Assembly (NCBI RefSeq): GCF_009914755.1
Contig: NC_060927.1
DNA length: 64,000 nt
Origin: the human T2T-CHM13v2.0 reference genome, Homo sapiens
Strand: one strand, 5' to 3'
Shown here: positions 1-12,199 of the stretch, one piece after another
Numbering within the stretch: position 1 is the first letter of the stretch
Layout of the letters: the number at the start of each line of letters is the position of its first letter
Program-made: the position numbers and the translations under genes
The notes under the pieces: model-generated
What the model was told of the DNA's origin: nothing
Database searches by the model: none
The model's input: the letters and a program-made list of their open reading frames with translations, nothing else

Positions 1-568
1 AGATACTTATTATACAATAGGTCTTGTGTTAGATTATTTTGCCCAACTCTAGGCAAATGTAAGGGTTCTGAGCATGTTTAAAGTGGGTGTATTAGTCTGT
101 TTTCACACTGCTATAAAGAACTGCCCGAGGCTGGGTAATTTATAAGGAAAGAGGTTTAATGAGCTCACAGTTCTACATGGTTGGGGAGGCCTCAGGAAGC
201 TTACAATCATGGCAAAAGGGGAAGCAGGTGCATCTTACATGGTGGCAGATGAGAGAGAGTGAAGGGAGAAGAGCCCCTTATAAAACCATCAGATCTCATG
301 AGAACTCAGTCGTCACTATCATGAGAAAACATGGGGGAAACTGCTCCCATGATCCAAACACCTCCTACCAGGTCCCTTCCTCGACATGTGGGGCTTATGG
401 GGATTAAAATTCTAGATGAGATTTGGGTGGGGACACAGCCAAACCATATCAGTGGCTAGTATGATGTTTGCTAGGTTAGGTGTATTAAATGCATTTTCAA
501 CCTATGATATTTTTAACTTACAGTGGATTTATTGGGACGTAACTTCATCATAAGTTGAAAAGCATTCA
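1..568 (-). mobile_element. TcMar-Tigger type DNA transposon remnant (MER82-like), split by a THE1 LTR
   Basis: Reads continuously across the LTR (ctgagcatgtttaaagtggg ... ctagtatgatgtttgctaggttaggtgtattaaatgcatttt) and ends in a Tigger-like terminus (gggacgtaacttcatcataagttgaaaagcatt); family name recalled from consensus. Confidence 0.65.
88..451 (-). mobile_element. THE1 (THE1C/D-like) ERVL-MaLR solo LTR
   Basis: Termini tgtattagtctgtttt ... ggggacacagccaaaccatatca; 364 bp; 5-bp TSD gtggg (83-87) / gtggc (452-456). Confidence 0.9.
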
Positions 569-574
569 TATATC

Positions 575-1371
575 TTTAATTTATTATAGTTAACTTTCAA
601 GTGATAATACACCACATAAAGCAAAAGAATCTTAAAAATATACTTGTATTTCTTACCTCCCATCCTTTTGTACAATTGTTGTCATACATTTTTCTTCTCT
701 GTATATTATAGAACCCATAATATATTGCTATTAGTTTTATGTTAAATATTAAGAAAAAATTTAATATTTACCTATAACAACCCTTATAGTTATTACTTCT
801 CATGCTTGTCATTCTTTTATATAGAACCAGGTTTCCATTTGTTGTTTTTTTTTTGTTACTGAAACGCTTTCTTTAGCATTCTAGTGTTGCAAGTCTGATG
901 ATGATGAATTATTTCAGCTCCTTTATAGCTGAAAACTTTTTGATACTCACTTTGTTTTAAAAATAGATTTTCACTTAATATAGAATTACAGATTGAAAAG
1001 TTTTTCCTTTTGGTACTTCCACTATTTTCTGGCTTACATTGTTTCCTGTAATAAATCTATTCTCATTCTTATGCTTCTTCCTTTGAATATAATGTGTTTG
1101 TTCCCTTTGGCTTCTTTTTAACATTTTCTTTTTGGCACTTATTTCAAGGAATTTGATTATGGTTTGACTTGGTATAGCTTTCTTTAAGTTTCTTACTTTT
1201 GGAGTTTATTTATCTTCTTGGATCCAAGGGTTTACAGTTTCCATCAAACTGAAAGTTTTCAGCCATTCCATTATTTTTTCAATTTTTAAAATTCCCACGT
1301 CCCCCAGTTTTCAGGGATTTTAATTATACATATATTAAGCTACTTGAATTATCCAACACCTCGCTTATGCT
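575..1371 (-). mobile_element. Ancient L1M LINE fragment (host of the L1PA8 insertion)
   Basis: T-rich antisense L1M-like sequence (gcaagtctgatgatgatgaattatttcagc, atttgattatggtttgacttgg); boundaries approximate. Confidence 0.6.
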
Positions 1372-1626
1372 CTGTGCATTCATTTTTAAATCTTTTTAAA
1401 AGTTTATTATACTTTAAGTTCTGGGATACGTGTGAAGAATGTGCAGGTTTGTTACATAGGTATACCAGTGCCATGGTGGTTTGTTGCACCCATCAACCCA
1501 TCATCTAGGTTTTAAGCCCTGGATGCATTACGTATTTGTCCTAATGCTCTCCCTCTCCTTTCCCCCCACCCCCAACAGGCCCGGGTATGTGATGTTCCCC
1601 TCCCTGTGTCCATGTGTTCTTATTGT

Positions 1627-4600
1627 TTAACTCCCACTTGTGAGCGAGAACATGCAATGTTTGGTTTTCTGTTCCTGTGTTAGTTTGCTGAGAATGATGG
1701 TTTCCAGCTTCATCCATGTCCCTGCAAAAGATATGACCTTATCCTTTTTTATGGCTGCATAGTATTCCATGGTGTATATGTGCCACATTTTCTTTATCCA
1801 GTTTATCATTGATGGACATTTGAGTAGGTTCCAAGTGTTTGCTGTTGTGAATAGTGCTGCAATAAACATATGTGTGCATGTGTCTTTATAGTAGAATGAT
1901 TTATAATCCTTTGGGTATATACCCAGCAGTGGGAATGCTGGATCAAATGGTATTTCTGGTTCTAGATCCTTGAGGAATCGCCACACTGTCTTCCACAATG
2001 GTTGAACTAACTTACACTCCCACCAACAGTGTAAAAGCCTTCCTATTTCTCCACATCCTCTCCAGCATCTGTTGTTTCCTGACTTTTTAATGATTGCCAT
2101 TCTAAGTGGTGTGAGATGGTATCTCATTGTGGTTTTGATTTGCATTTCTCTAATGACCAGTCATGATGAGCTTTTGTTTCATATGTTTGTTGGCTGCATA
2201 AATGTATTCTTTTGAGAAGTGTCTGTTCATATACTTTGCCCACTTTTGGATGGGGTTGTTTGATTTTTTCTTGTAAATTTGTTTAAGTTCTTTGTAGATT
2301 CTGGATATTAGCCTTTTGTCAGATGGATAGATTGCAAAATTTTTCTTCCATTCTGTAGATTGCCTGTTCACTCTGATGATAGTTTCTTTTGCTGTGCAGA
2401 AACTCTTTAGTTTAATTAGAGGCCATTTGTCAATTTTGGCTTCTGTGGTCACTGCTTTTGGTGTTTTAGTCATAAAGTCTTTGCCCATGGTTATGTTCTG
2501 AATGGTACTGCCTGGTTTTCTTCTAGGGTTTTTATGGTTTTAGGTTTTATGCTTAAGTCTTTAATCCATCTGAAGTTAATTTTTGTATAAAGTGTAAGAA
2601 AGGAGTCCAGTTTCAGTTTTCTGCATATGGCTAGCCAGTTTTCCGAACACCATTTATTAAATAGGGAATCCTTTCCCCATTTCTTGTTTTTGTCAGGTTT
2701 GTCAAAGGTCACATGATTGTAGATGTGTGGTGTAATTTCTGAGGACTTTGTTCTGTTCCACTGGTGTATATATCTGTTTTGGTACCATTACCATGCTGTT
2801 TTGGTACCATTACCATGCTGTTTTTGTTACGGTTGCCATGTAGTATAGTTTGAAGTTAGGTAGCATGATGCCTCCAGCTTTGTTCTTTTTGCTTAGGATT
2901 GTCTTGGCTATACAGGCTCTTTTTTGGTCTCCTGTGAAATTTAAAGTAGTTTTTTCAAGTTTTGTGAAGAAAGTCAATGGTAGCTTGCTGGAAATAGCAT
3001 TAAATCTATAAATTACTTTGGGCAGTTTGGCCGTTTTCATGATATTGATTCTTCCTATCCATGAGCATGGAATGTTTTTCCATTTGTTTGTGTCCTCTCT
3101 TATTTCCTTGAGTAGTGGTTTATAGTTCTCCTTGAAGAGGCCCTTCATGTCTCTTGTAAGTTGTATTCTTAGGTATTTTATTTTCTTTGTAGCAACTGTG
3201 AATGGGAGTTTACTCATGATTTGGCTCTCTGCTTGTCTATCATTGGTGTATAGGAATGCTTGTGATTTTTGCACATTGATTTTGTATCCTGAGACTTTGC
3301 TGAAGTTGCTCATCAGCTTAAGGAGTTTTTTGGCTGAGATGATGGGGTTTTCTAAATATACAATCATGTCATCTGCAAACAGAGACTTCCTCTCTTTCTA
3401 TTTGAATATGCTTTATTTCTTTCCCTTGCCTGATTGCCCTGGCCAGAACTTCCAACACTATGTTGAATAGGAGTGGTGAGAGAGGGCATCCCTGACTTGT
3501 GCCAATTTTCAAACGGAATGCTTCCAGTTTTTGCCCATTCAGTATGATACTGGCTGTGTGTTTGTCGTAAATAGCTCTTACTATTTTGAGATACATTCCA
3601 TCAATACCTAGTTTATTGATAGTTTTTAGCATGAATTGCTGTTGAGTTTTGTTGAAGGCCTTTTCTGCATCTATTGAGATAATCATGTGGTTTTTGTCAT
3701 TGGCTCTGTTTATGTGATGGATTAAGTTTATTGATTTGTGTATGTTGAACCAGCCTTGCATCCCAGGGATGAAGCTGACTTGATCGTGATGGATAAACTT
3801 TTTGATATGCTGCTGGATTCGGTGTGCTAGTATTTTATTGAGGATTTTTGCATTGATGTTCATCAGGGATATTGGCCTGAAATTTTCTTTTTTTGTGTGT
3901 GTGTGTCTCTGCCAGGTTTTGGTATCAGGATGATGCTGGCCTCATAAAATGAGTCAGAGAGGAGTTCCTCTTTTTCTGTTGTTTGGAATGGTTTCAGAAC
4001 GAATGCTACCAGCTCCTCTTTGTACCTCTGGTATAATTTGGCTGTGAATCCATCTGGTCCTGGGCTTTTTTTGGTTGGTAGGCTGTTAATTACTGCCTCA
4101 ATTTCAGAACTTGTTATTGGTCTATACAGAGATTTGACTTCTTCCTGGTTTAGTCTTGGGAGGGTGTATATATCCAAGAATTTATCAATTTCTTCTAGAT
4201 TTTCTAGTTTATTTGTTTGTAGTATTCTCTGATGGTAGTTGGTATTTCTGTGGGACCAGTGGTGATATCCCCTTTATCATTTTTTATTGTGTTTATTTGA
4301 TTCTTCTCTCTTTTCTTCTTTATTAGTCTGGCTAGTGGTCTATTTTGTTAATCTTTTCAAAAAACCAGCTCCTATATTCATTGATTTTTGAAGGGATTTT
4401 CATGTCTCTATCTCCTTTAGTTCTGCTCTGACCTTAGTTATTTCTTGTCTTCTGCTAGCTTTTGAATTCTCTCTTGCTTTTCTAGTTCTTTTAATTGCGA
4501 TGTTAGGGTGTTGATTTTAGATCTTTCTCGCTTTCTGATCTGGGCATTTAGTGCTATATATTTCCGTCTTAACACTGCTTAACTGTGTCCCAGAGATTCT

Positions 4601-5465
4601 GGTACATTGTGTCTTTGTTCTCATTGGTTTCAAAGAACTTATTTATTTCTGCCTTGATTTTGTTATTTACCCAGTAGTCATTCAGGAGCAGGTTGTTCGG
4701 TTTCCATGTAGTTGCATGGTTTTGAGTGATTTTCTTAATCCTGGGCTCTAATTTGATTGCACTGTGGTCTGAGATACTGTTTGTTATGATTTTTATTCTT
4801 TTGCATTTGCTGAGGAATGTTTTACTTCCAATTATGTGGTCAATTTTAGAATAAGTGCTGTGTGGTGCTGAGAAGAATGTATATTCTGTTGCTTTGGGGT
4901 GGAGAGTTCTGTAGATGTCTATTAGGTCTGCTTGGTTCAGAGCTGAGTTCAAGTCCTGAATATCCTTGTTAATTTTCTGTCCCATTGATCTGTCCAATAT
5001 TGACAGTGGGGTGTTAAAGTCTCCCACTATTATTGTGTGGGAGTCTAAGTCTCTTTGTAGCTCTCTAAGAACTTGTTTTATGAATCTGGGTGTTCCTGTA
5101 TTGGGTGCATGTATATTTAGGGTAGTTAGCTCTTCTTGTTGAATTGATCCCTTTACCATTATGTAATGCCCTTCTTGGTCTTTTTGGATCTTTGCTGGTT
5201 CAAAATCTGTTTTATCAGAGACTACGATTGCAAACCCTGCTTTTTTTTTTTTTTTTTTTTGCTTTCCATTTGCTTGGTAAATATTCCTGCATCCCTTTAT
5301 TTTGAGCCTATGTGTGTCTTTGCACATGAGATGGGTCTCCTGAATACGGCACACCAATGGGTCTTGACTCTTTATCCAATTTGCCAGTCTGTGTCTTTTA
5401 ATTGGGGCCTTTAGCCTATTTACATTTAAGGTTAATATTGTTATGTGTGAATTTGATCCTGTCGT
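1627..5465 (-). pseudogene. Disrupted L1 ORF2 (endonuclease, reverse transcriptase, Cys-rich tail)
   Basis: Fragments 4569-5357 (EN: [14 protein letters not shown]), 3369-3863 and 2810-3367 (RT: [15 protein letters not shown]), 1627-2145 (CWRGC..HCWWEC); start codon mutated to ACG (5463-5465); many frameshifts. Confidence 0.93.
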
Positions 5466-5528
5466 TATGATGCTAGCTGGTTATTTTGCATATTAATTGA
5501 TGCAGTTTCTTCATATTGTCATTGGTCT

Positions 5529-5536
5529 TTATATTT

Positions 5537-5574
<38 letters not shown>

Positions 5575-6575
5575 TGGCTGCTACCAGTTTTTCCTTTTCA
5601 TATTTAGTGCTTCCTTCAGGAGCTCTTGTAAGGCAGGCCTGGTGGTGGCAATATCCCTCAGCATTTGCTTGTCTGTAAAGGATTTTATTTCTCCTTCACT
5701 TATGAAGCTTAGTTTGGCTGGATATGAAATTCTGGGTTGAAAGTTCTTTTCTTTAAGAATGTTAAATATTGGACCCCACTCTCTTCTGAGTTGTAGAGCT
5801 TCTGCAGAGATATCTGCTATTCATCTGATGGGCTTCCCTTTGTAGGTAACCTGATCTTTCTGTCTGGCTGCTCTTAATGTTTTCTCTTCATTTCAACCTT
5901 GGAGAATCTGACAATTATGTGTCTTGGGGTTGCTTTTCTCGAGGAGTGTCTTAGTGGTGTTCTCTGTATTTCCTGAATTTGAATGTTGGTCACCTTGCTA
6001 GGCTGGAGAAGTTCTCCTGCATAATATCCTGAAGAGTGTTTTCCAACTTGGTTCCATTCTCCTTATCACTTTCAGGTACACCAGTCAATTGTAGCTTTGG
6101 TCTTTTCACATAGTCCTATATTTCTTGGAGGCTTTGTTCATTCCTTTTCATTCTTTTTTCTCTAATCTTGTATTCACATTTTATTTCATTAAGTTGATCT
6201 TCAGTCTCTGATATCCTTTCTTCCACTTAATCGATTTGGTTATTGATACTTGTGTATGCTTCACGAAGTTCTTGTGCTGTGTTTTTCAGCTCCATCAGGT
6301 CATTTATGTTCTTTTCTAAACCAGTTATTCTAGTTAGCAATTCTTGTAACCCTGTATCAAAGTTCTTAGCTTCCTTGTATTGGGTTAGAACATGCTCCTT
6401 TAGCTCAGAGGAGTTTGTTATTACCCACCTTCTGAAGCCTGCTTCTGTCAATTCATCAAACTCATTATCCATCCAGTTTTGTGCCCTTGCTGGAGAGAAG
6501 TTGTGATCCTTTGGAGGAGAAGAGGCATTGTGGTTTTTGAAATTTTCATCACTTTTGCACTGTTTTTTTCCTCAA
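5529..6575 (-). pseudogene. Disrupted L1 ORF1
   Basis: Coiled-coil fragment 6227-6472 (EFDELTEAGFRRWVITNSSELKEH); start codon mutated to TTG (6573-6575); T33 run at 5540-5572 near the 3' end. Confidence 0.88.
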
Positions 6576-7270
6576 CTTCCTGGATTTATCTACCTTTGAT
6601 CTTTGATGCTGATGGCCTTTGGATGGGGTTTTTGAGTGGGCATCATTTTTGTTGATGCTGATGTTATTGCTTTCTGTTTGTTAGTTTTCCTTCTAACAGT
6701 CAAGACCCTCTGCTGCAGGTCTGCTGGAATTTGCTGGAGTTCCACTCCAGACCCTGTTTGCCTGGGTATCACCAGTGGAGGCTGCAGAACACCAAAGATT
6801 GCTGCCTGTTCCTTCCTCTGGAAGCTTCATCCCAGAGGGGAGCCTGCCTGATGCCAGCCAGAGCTCTCCTGTATGAGGTGTCTGTTGACATCTGCTAGGA
6901 GGTGTCTCCCAGTTAGGAGGCATGGGTTTCATGGACCCATTTGATGAGGCAGTCTGTGCCTTAGCAGAGCTCGAGCGCTGTGCTGGGAGATCCACTGCTC
7001 TCTTCAGAACTGGCAGGCAAGAAGCTTTGTCTGCTGAAGCTGCGCCCATAGGCACCCCTTCCTTTAGGTGCTCTGTCCCAGGGAGATAAAGTTTTATCTC
7101 TAAGCCCCTGACTGGGGCTGGTGCCTTTCTTTCAGAGATGGCCTTCCCAGTGAGAAGGAATCTAGAGAGGCAGCCTGGCTACAGCCACTTTACTGCACTG
7201 TGGTGAATTCCGCAGAAATTCCCAAGGGCTTAACACTGTGAGGGGAAAACCGCCTACTGAAGCCTCAGTA

Positions 7271-7402
7271 ATGGCAGATGCCCCTCCCCTCACCAAGCTC
7301 GATCATCCCAGGTCAACTTCAGACTGCTGTGCTGGCAGTGAGAATTTCAAGCCAGTTGTCCTTAGCTTGCTGCACGATGTGGGAATGGGACCCGCTGAAT
7401 GA
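7271..7402 (+). pseudogene. Truncated homologue of L1 antisense ORF0 (43 aa) in the 5' UTR
   Basis: Translates MADAPPLTKLDHPRSTSDCCAGSENFKPVVLSLLHDVGMGPAE*, resembling the ORF0 N-terminus MAGAPPP..SDCCAS..VGVGPSE. Confidence 0.7.
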
Positions 7403-7923
7403 GACCACTTGGCTCCCTGGCTTCAGCCCCTTTTCCAGCGGAGTGAATGGTTCTGTTTTGCTATGGTTCCAGGTGCCACTGGGGAACCAACCAAACATAC
7501 AAACAAACAAACTCCTGCAGCTTCCTCAGTGTCTGCCCAAACAGCCAACCAGTTTTGTGCTTGAAACCCAGGGCCCTGGTGTTAGGCACACGAGGGAATG
7601 TCCTTGGGTGGTCTGAGGCTTGCAAAAACCATGGGAGAAGCATAGTATCTGGGCCAGATAGCACAGTCTCTCACGGCATCCCTTGTCTGGGAGAGAGAGG
7701 CTTCCTAGCTCCTTGCACTTCCCAGGTGAGGCGATGCCCCACCCTGCTTCTGCTCACCCTCCATGGGCTGCACCCACTATCTAACCAGTCCCAATGAGAT
7801 GAACCAAGTACCTTAGTTGGAAATGCAGAAATCACCCGCCTTCTGCATTGGTCTTGCTGCGAGCTGCAGACCTGGGCTGTTCCTATTCGGCCATCTTGCC
7901 AGATCCCCTGTGCATTAATTTTT

Positions 7924-8122
7924 TATTAATAAATATAATTTTTGAACAGCTTCAGATTAATAGCAAAATTCAGCAGAAACCACAGAAAGTTCCCATATAC
8001 CCTATCCTCCCCACCCCAACAATCTCTTTCACTATCCACATCCCACACACAACAGTTAATTTGTTACAATCAGTGAATCCACACCAACACATCATTATCA
8101 CTCAAAGTTCATAGTTTAGGGT
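7924..8122 (-). mobile_element. L1MB/L1MC-type 3' end fragment
   Basis: tagcaaaattcagcagaaaccacagaaagttcccatatacc ... catcattatcactcaaagttcatagtt, then truncated. Confidence 0.7.
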
Positions 8123-9178
8123 GAGTGGGTCCACTGTAGCATAGTCAGGGTGAGTGGGTCTGCTGTTTTCCTTGCCTAGTTCTGCTCCAGCAGCAGTGTC
8201 AGCGCAGGGGCGGGGGACTAGCAGGGGCAGGGCTGGCAGGCTCCATGTCCACCAATGCTCTGATGACAATGACATTGCGGCAGGGGAGGGGAAGTGCAGT
8301 GCACTCATGCCGGCAGCAGTGGCATGGTAGGCTGCATGCATACACTCATGCTGGTGGAGAAGGGAAGGCAAGGATCCATACACACATGAGAGGTGGCCGT
8401 TGGTGAGTGCAGGTATGTAAAGTGGCATGTGGGAGGCTGCGGTGTGGGGAGGGCTCAGGCAGGCTAGTGCATGTCCATGAGGGCTGCTTTGCTGGAGCAT
8501 TCTGCTGGTCAGGTGCATTTGCCAGCACAGGAGCTATGATCTAGGCCCCCAGGAGGTATCTGGGTGCTTTATTGTAAGCAGGCACAATTGGGCTGGGGCT
8601 CCCACAGAGGCGAGCAGACCAAGGGGTTCTCAGGTCAGACAGGGCTCATCTCATTGGCAAGACTGCCCTGCAGAGTTCAGGTACAATAGTTTCTCTGGGG
8701 CTAAAGTCTCCTGTGGGAGCAAGTTGAGCCTGTGGGGATGGCTGTCCCTGGCCATGCTCTGCTACAGATGCTTCCACACCAAACCCTCTAGGCTCAACAC
8801 TGGCTGGAGTTCTGCTCCTACCACTTCTCTAAGCAGCTCTCCCTGCCAACTCAAGTGTCTGTCATGGTTGAGGAGTCTCCTCCTGCTGGGATTCCAGAGG
8901 CCTGTGGTGAGAGTGGGTTGCTTCTTGCCTCTTCAACTTACCCATTCACCCCTTCCACAGAAGTCACTGGGGGCCAGGAACAAGTCTTGGGTGTAGCCCT
9001 CTGCAGTGTTCTCGGCTTCCTCCTCCTTCAGCCCAGCAACTGTGTCTTCCCTCCATCCACTCTCAACGCCTTTTCTCTAACGATCTGCTAGGAGTGCACC
9101 AGTCTTCCTAATGTCCCTGTCCCTCAGTGGGAGATGTTCTTTCTGGCTGTGTCTAGTCAGCCATCTTGGAGCAGGAAT
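8123..9178 (-). mobile_element. Isolated 5' UTR of an older primate L1 (L1P4/L1PA13-16-like)
   Basis: GC-rich; minus-strand start ccaagatggctgactagacacagcc with the L1 YY1 motif AAGATGGC; no ORF1/ORF2 attached. Confidence 0.65.
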
Positions 9179-9179
9179 C

Positions 9180-9715
9180 CCTGGCATTTCTTTTCAGTTC
9201 TTTCTTAGAATTTCCGTCTCTCTGCTTACCCTACCTATCTGTTCTTGCATGTTGTCTACTTTGTCCACTCAGTGCCCTTAGTATATTAATCATAGTTTTA
9301 TTTATAATGTCAACAGTTTTTTGGTCATAGATATTGTCTGTCATGTTAAGGTAATATTGTTTATTCCTACTGTGCCAGTGGTATTATTTTTTAAATTGGA
9401 AATCAATGTTGAATTCTGAAAAAAAATTCTGAATAAATAATATCTCACTTATTTAGATTACTACTAATAACAGATTTTTTAAAGTTGGAGTAAAAACCTT
9501 CTTACATTACTGAAATAAACTCTACTTGGTCACTGTGTAGTAGTCTTTTACTTGCTATAAGTTTTAATTTGCAAAAATTGTATTTGTAGTTTTTACCGCT
9601 AGGGTTATAGTGAGATAATTTTTTAAAGTTTTTAGATTATCTTTGACAAGTTTTGGTATTAGTGGTGTGATATTTTAACATACACACAAAAGATGATCTT
9701 TTCATCTTTTGTATG
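9180..9715 (-). mobile_element. Ancient L1M/L1ME fragments
   Basis: ctgttcttgcatgttgtctactttgtccac..cccttagtatattaatcatagtt and ORF2-like aataaactctacttggtca; approximate. Confidence 0.55.
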
Positions 9716-9717
9716 CA

Positions 9718-9939
9718 CAGTTGGTAAACTATGGTATGACCCACATGACAAATTATTCCCATCATTTGCTTTTACAAATAAAATTTCACTGGGAGATATT
9801 CATGACCATCCATTAATGTATTGCCTGTGGCTGCTTTCCCACTGCAGTGGCAGGGTTGAGTAGTTGCAATAGAGATTGTATGGTACACAAGGCTGAAAAT
9901 ATTTATTCTCTGGTCCTATAAAAGTTTGCTGATCTCTGA
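9718..9939. mobile_element. MER58A hAT-Charlie MITE
   Basis: ttggtaaactatgg ... ggctgctttcccactgcagtggcagggttgagtagttgcaatagagattgtatgg ... aaaagtttgctgatctctg. Confidence 0.85.
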
Positions 9940-10009
9940 TTTAGCATAATTTAGATAGCATAGAAATGCTTTCTGTCTCTTGATGATCTAGAGGAGCTCA
10001 CTCCTGAAA

Positions 10010-10262
10010 CAAAAGCATGGGCTCTAGAGTAAGATAGCATTGGGTTTAAAACTCAGCTCCAGCCCACATTATTAATGATGTGATGCTGGGCAACATACTT
10101 AACCTTCCTATGGACCGTTTTCCCCAACTATAAAATGTGAATAGTAATAAAAATAATAATACTTGCTTAAAATAATACTATAAAGAATGAAATACGTTAA
10201 CACATGTTCAAAATACTTGTCAGAATGCTAGGAATGCATACATTCTTAAATACAAGTTATTG
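10010..10262 (+). mobile_element. MIR SINE
   Basis: Core tgtgatgctgggcaacatacttaaccttcc..ctataaaatg. Confidence 0.75.
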
Positions 10263-11177
10263 TTATGTTTCTCTTGGGAGAGTTTTTTGATACTGCCGTC
10301 AAATCATGTTTGTTTTCTGCAGTACCCAAAGGCTATTTGCTGCCAAAGATATATTCTTAAATTAAGTAAATTAGTTTTTTATCTGAAAGTATTTTTTCCA
10401 ATCCAGATTCTTTCTATCAAATATATGTTTTTCAAATCTTACAGAAATAATATTTTCTAAAGTTTACTCTGTCTTTTCAGCAAGTCTCTTTTATAGTTTT
10501 GTATTCTTTCTTGCTTTGATTCTTCAGATCTTCTTCTAAACTTCTGTGATTACTCATATATTCAGTGATTGTTTTTCATTTGTGCATCAGGGGGAATCAT
10601 CTTTTGCTCATTGCTGGGACTGCAGATAGGTCCAGATCATACTTATTTGGGTCTTTCTCCAATATTTCAGGTCTGGGCACAGGGTGAAAAGAAGAGCTTA
10701 GAGTAGAAACCAAGATGTCAGTGGGAGTAGGAAGACAGCTATTGTTTATTTAAGCTGTAAGGCTGAAAGCTTCACTTGTCCAAAAAAGTTTATTTTCTAT
10801 GACGATTACATTCATAAGTTAGCTGAGCACTTTCCAACCACTATATTTACTGAATTATTAGGAGCCATGCACTCCCAGGTGGGGCGGGACTGAGATTTGC
10901 CCTCCTACTCATCGCTGCATGGCCTTCTCTTGTCTCCAGCTCCTGTCACTTGTAGAGGTTTGGCTCAGGGTCTCATTCACTAACTTCCCAGGTGGGAAAT
11001 TACTTTTTAGGTTATGACTCAGGGTTTGGTAGGCTCCTTTTAAAATCTAGTCTTACATGTATTTTATCTTATAGGCATTTTCAAAGTTACCAGCATATAG
11101 AAGAGACACTTCCCTCTGTTTAGAACTGACATAAATTCTCTATCTCTATCCATTTGAATAGAAATAAGGGGCAAGCT

Positions 11178-11500
11178 GGCCGGCCATGGTGGCTCACACC
11201 TGTAATCTCAGCACTTTGGGAGGCCGAGGCGGGTGGATCACTTGAGGCCAGGAATTTGAGACCAGCCTGGCTAACATGGTGAATCCCCATCTCTACTAAA
11301 AATAACAAAACATTAACTGGATGTGGTGGCACATGCCTGTAGTCCCAGCTACTCAGGAGGCTGAGGCACGAGAATCGTTGGAACCCAGGAGCCGGAGGTT
11401 GCAATGAACCGGATTGTGCCACTGCACTCCAGTCTGGGCGACAGAGTGAGACTCTGTCTCAACAACAACAATAACAACAACAACAAAAATAAATAAATAA
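11178..11500 (+). mobile_element. AluS (Sz/Sx-like) with (AAC)n/(AAAT)n tail
   Basis: Full dimer; perfect 16-bp TSD aaataaggggcaagct (11162-11177, 11501-11516). Confidence 0.97.
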
Positions 11501-12199
11501 AAATAAGGGGCAAGCTAAGTTGGGCAGCTAGGATGATGGACTCGAATCAGATGTCAATTGATTTTCTTATTTTTTTAAAAATTGTGGTATTCAAACACAA
11601 GAGAAAACATTTCTATCAAATAGCCAACATGTACAACACAAAAATTATATATCTCTTAAATACCTTGGCAATTGATAATTATATTAAGTGAGTTTTGTAA
11701 ATTACTTGAAAAGATAATTGTAAGAAGACTTCTTTTCTTTGCCAACTCTGGGGTAAAGAAGGGATTCTTAGAAAGAACATTTTCACGGAGAAGGCAAAAT
11801 TCCAAGTTTCCTTTCTCAAGCTTAATTTTCATAGATTGAGCTATATTGGTTCTATATCTGTGTCCATAAGTCAGTTATTCAGATAATGAAAAAAACATTT
11901 AAACATCCACCTTGGTATGAATTTTTGGTTTCCGTGTTTTAATTTAAGCCAAAATATTTTTTGGTTTGAATTTATTATTTCAATAAATAATAGTGAAATT
12001 ATTTCACTATTCCACTTTGCTTTGCATGTGTGAATTAAGCCAGTGGAAGCTTCAGGTGTAATAGAATTTGATGGCGTTAATAAATATAAAAATGAATTTG
12101 CACAAAAAATATGAGATGAACAGTAGGAACACCTGGCATGGGACAGAACATCCTTGTTAGTATGCAGGTAAATTCAGTTACTTTCATTTTCTTTTCTCC

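Larger units (their letters stand above)
1388..7907 (-). mobile_element. Full-length ~6.5 kb L1PA8-type LINE-1, inactivated
   Basis: 5' end (minus strand) ggggatctggcaagatggccgaatagg; 3' UTR tctaggttttaagccc...gcatta typical of L1PA8; ORF1/ORF2 fragments in ORF track; 16-bp TSD ctgtgcattcattttt (1372-1387) / ctgtgcattaattttt (7908-7923). Confidence 0.95.

Noticed and set aside
1627-5357. Reverse transcriptase/endonuclease ORFs as an active or novel RT system
   Set aside because: Ordinary L1 ORF2 broken into many frames with a mutated start codon.
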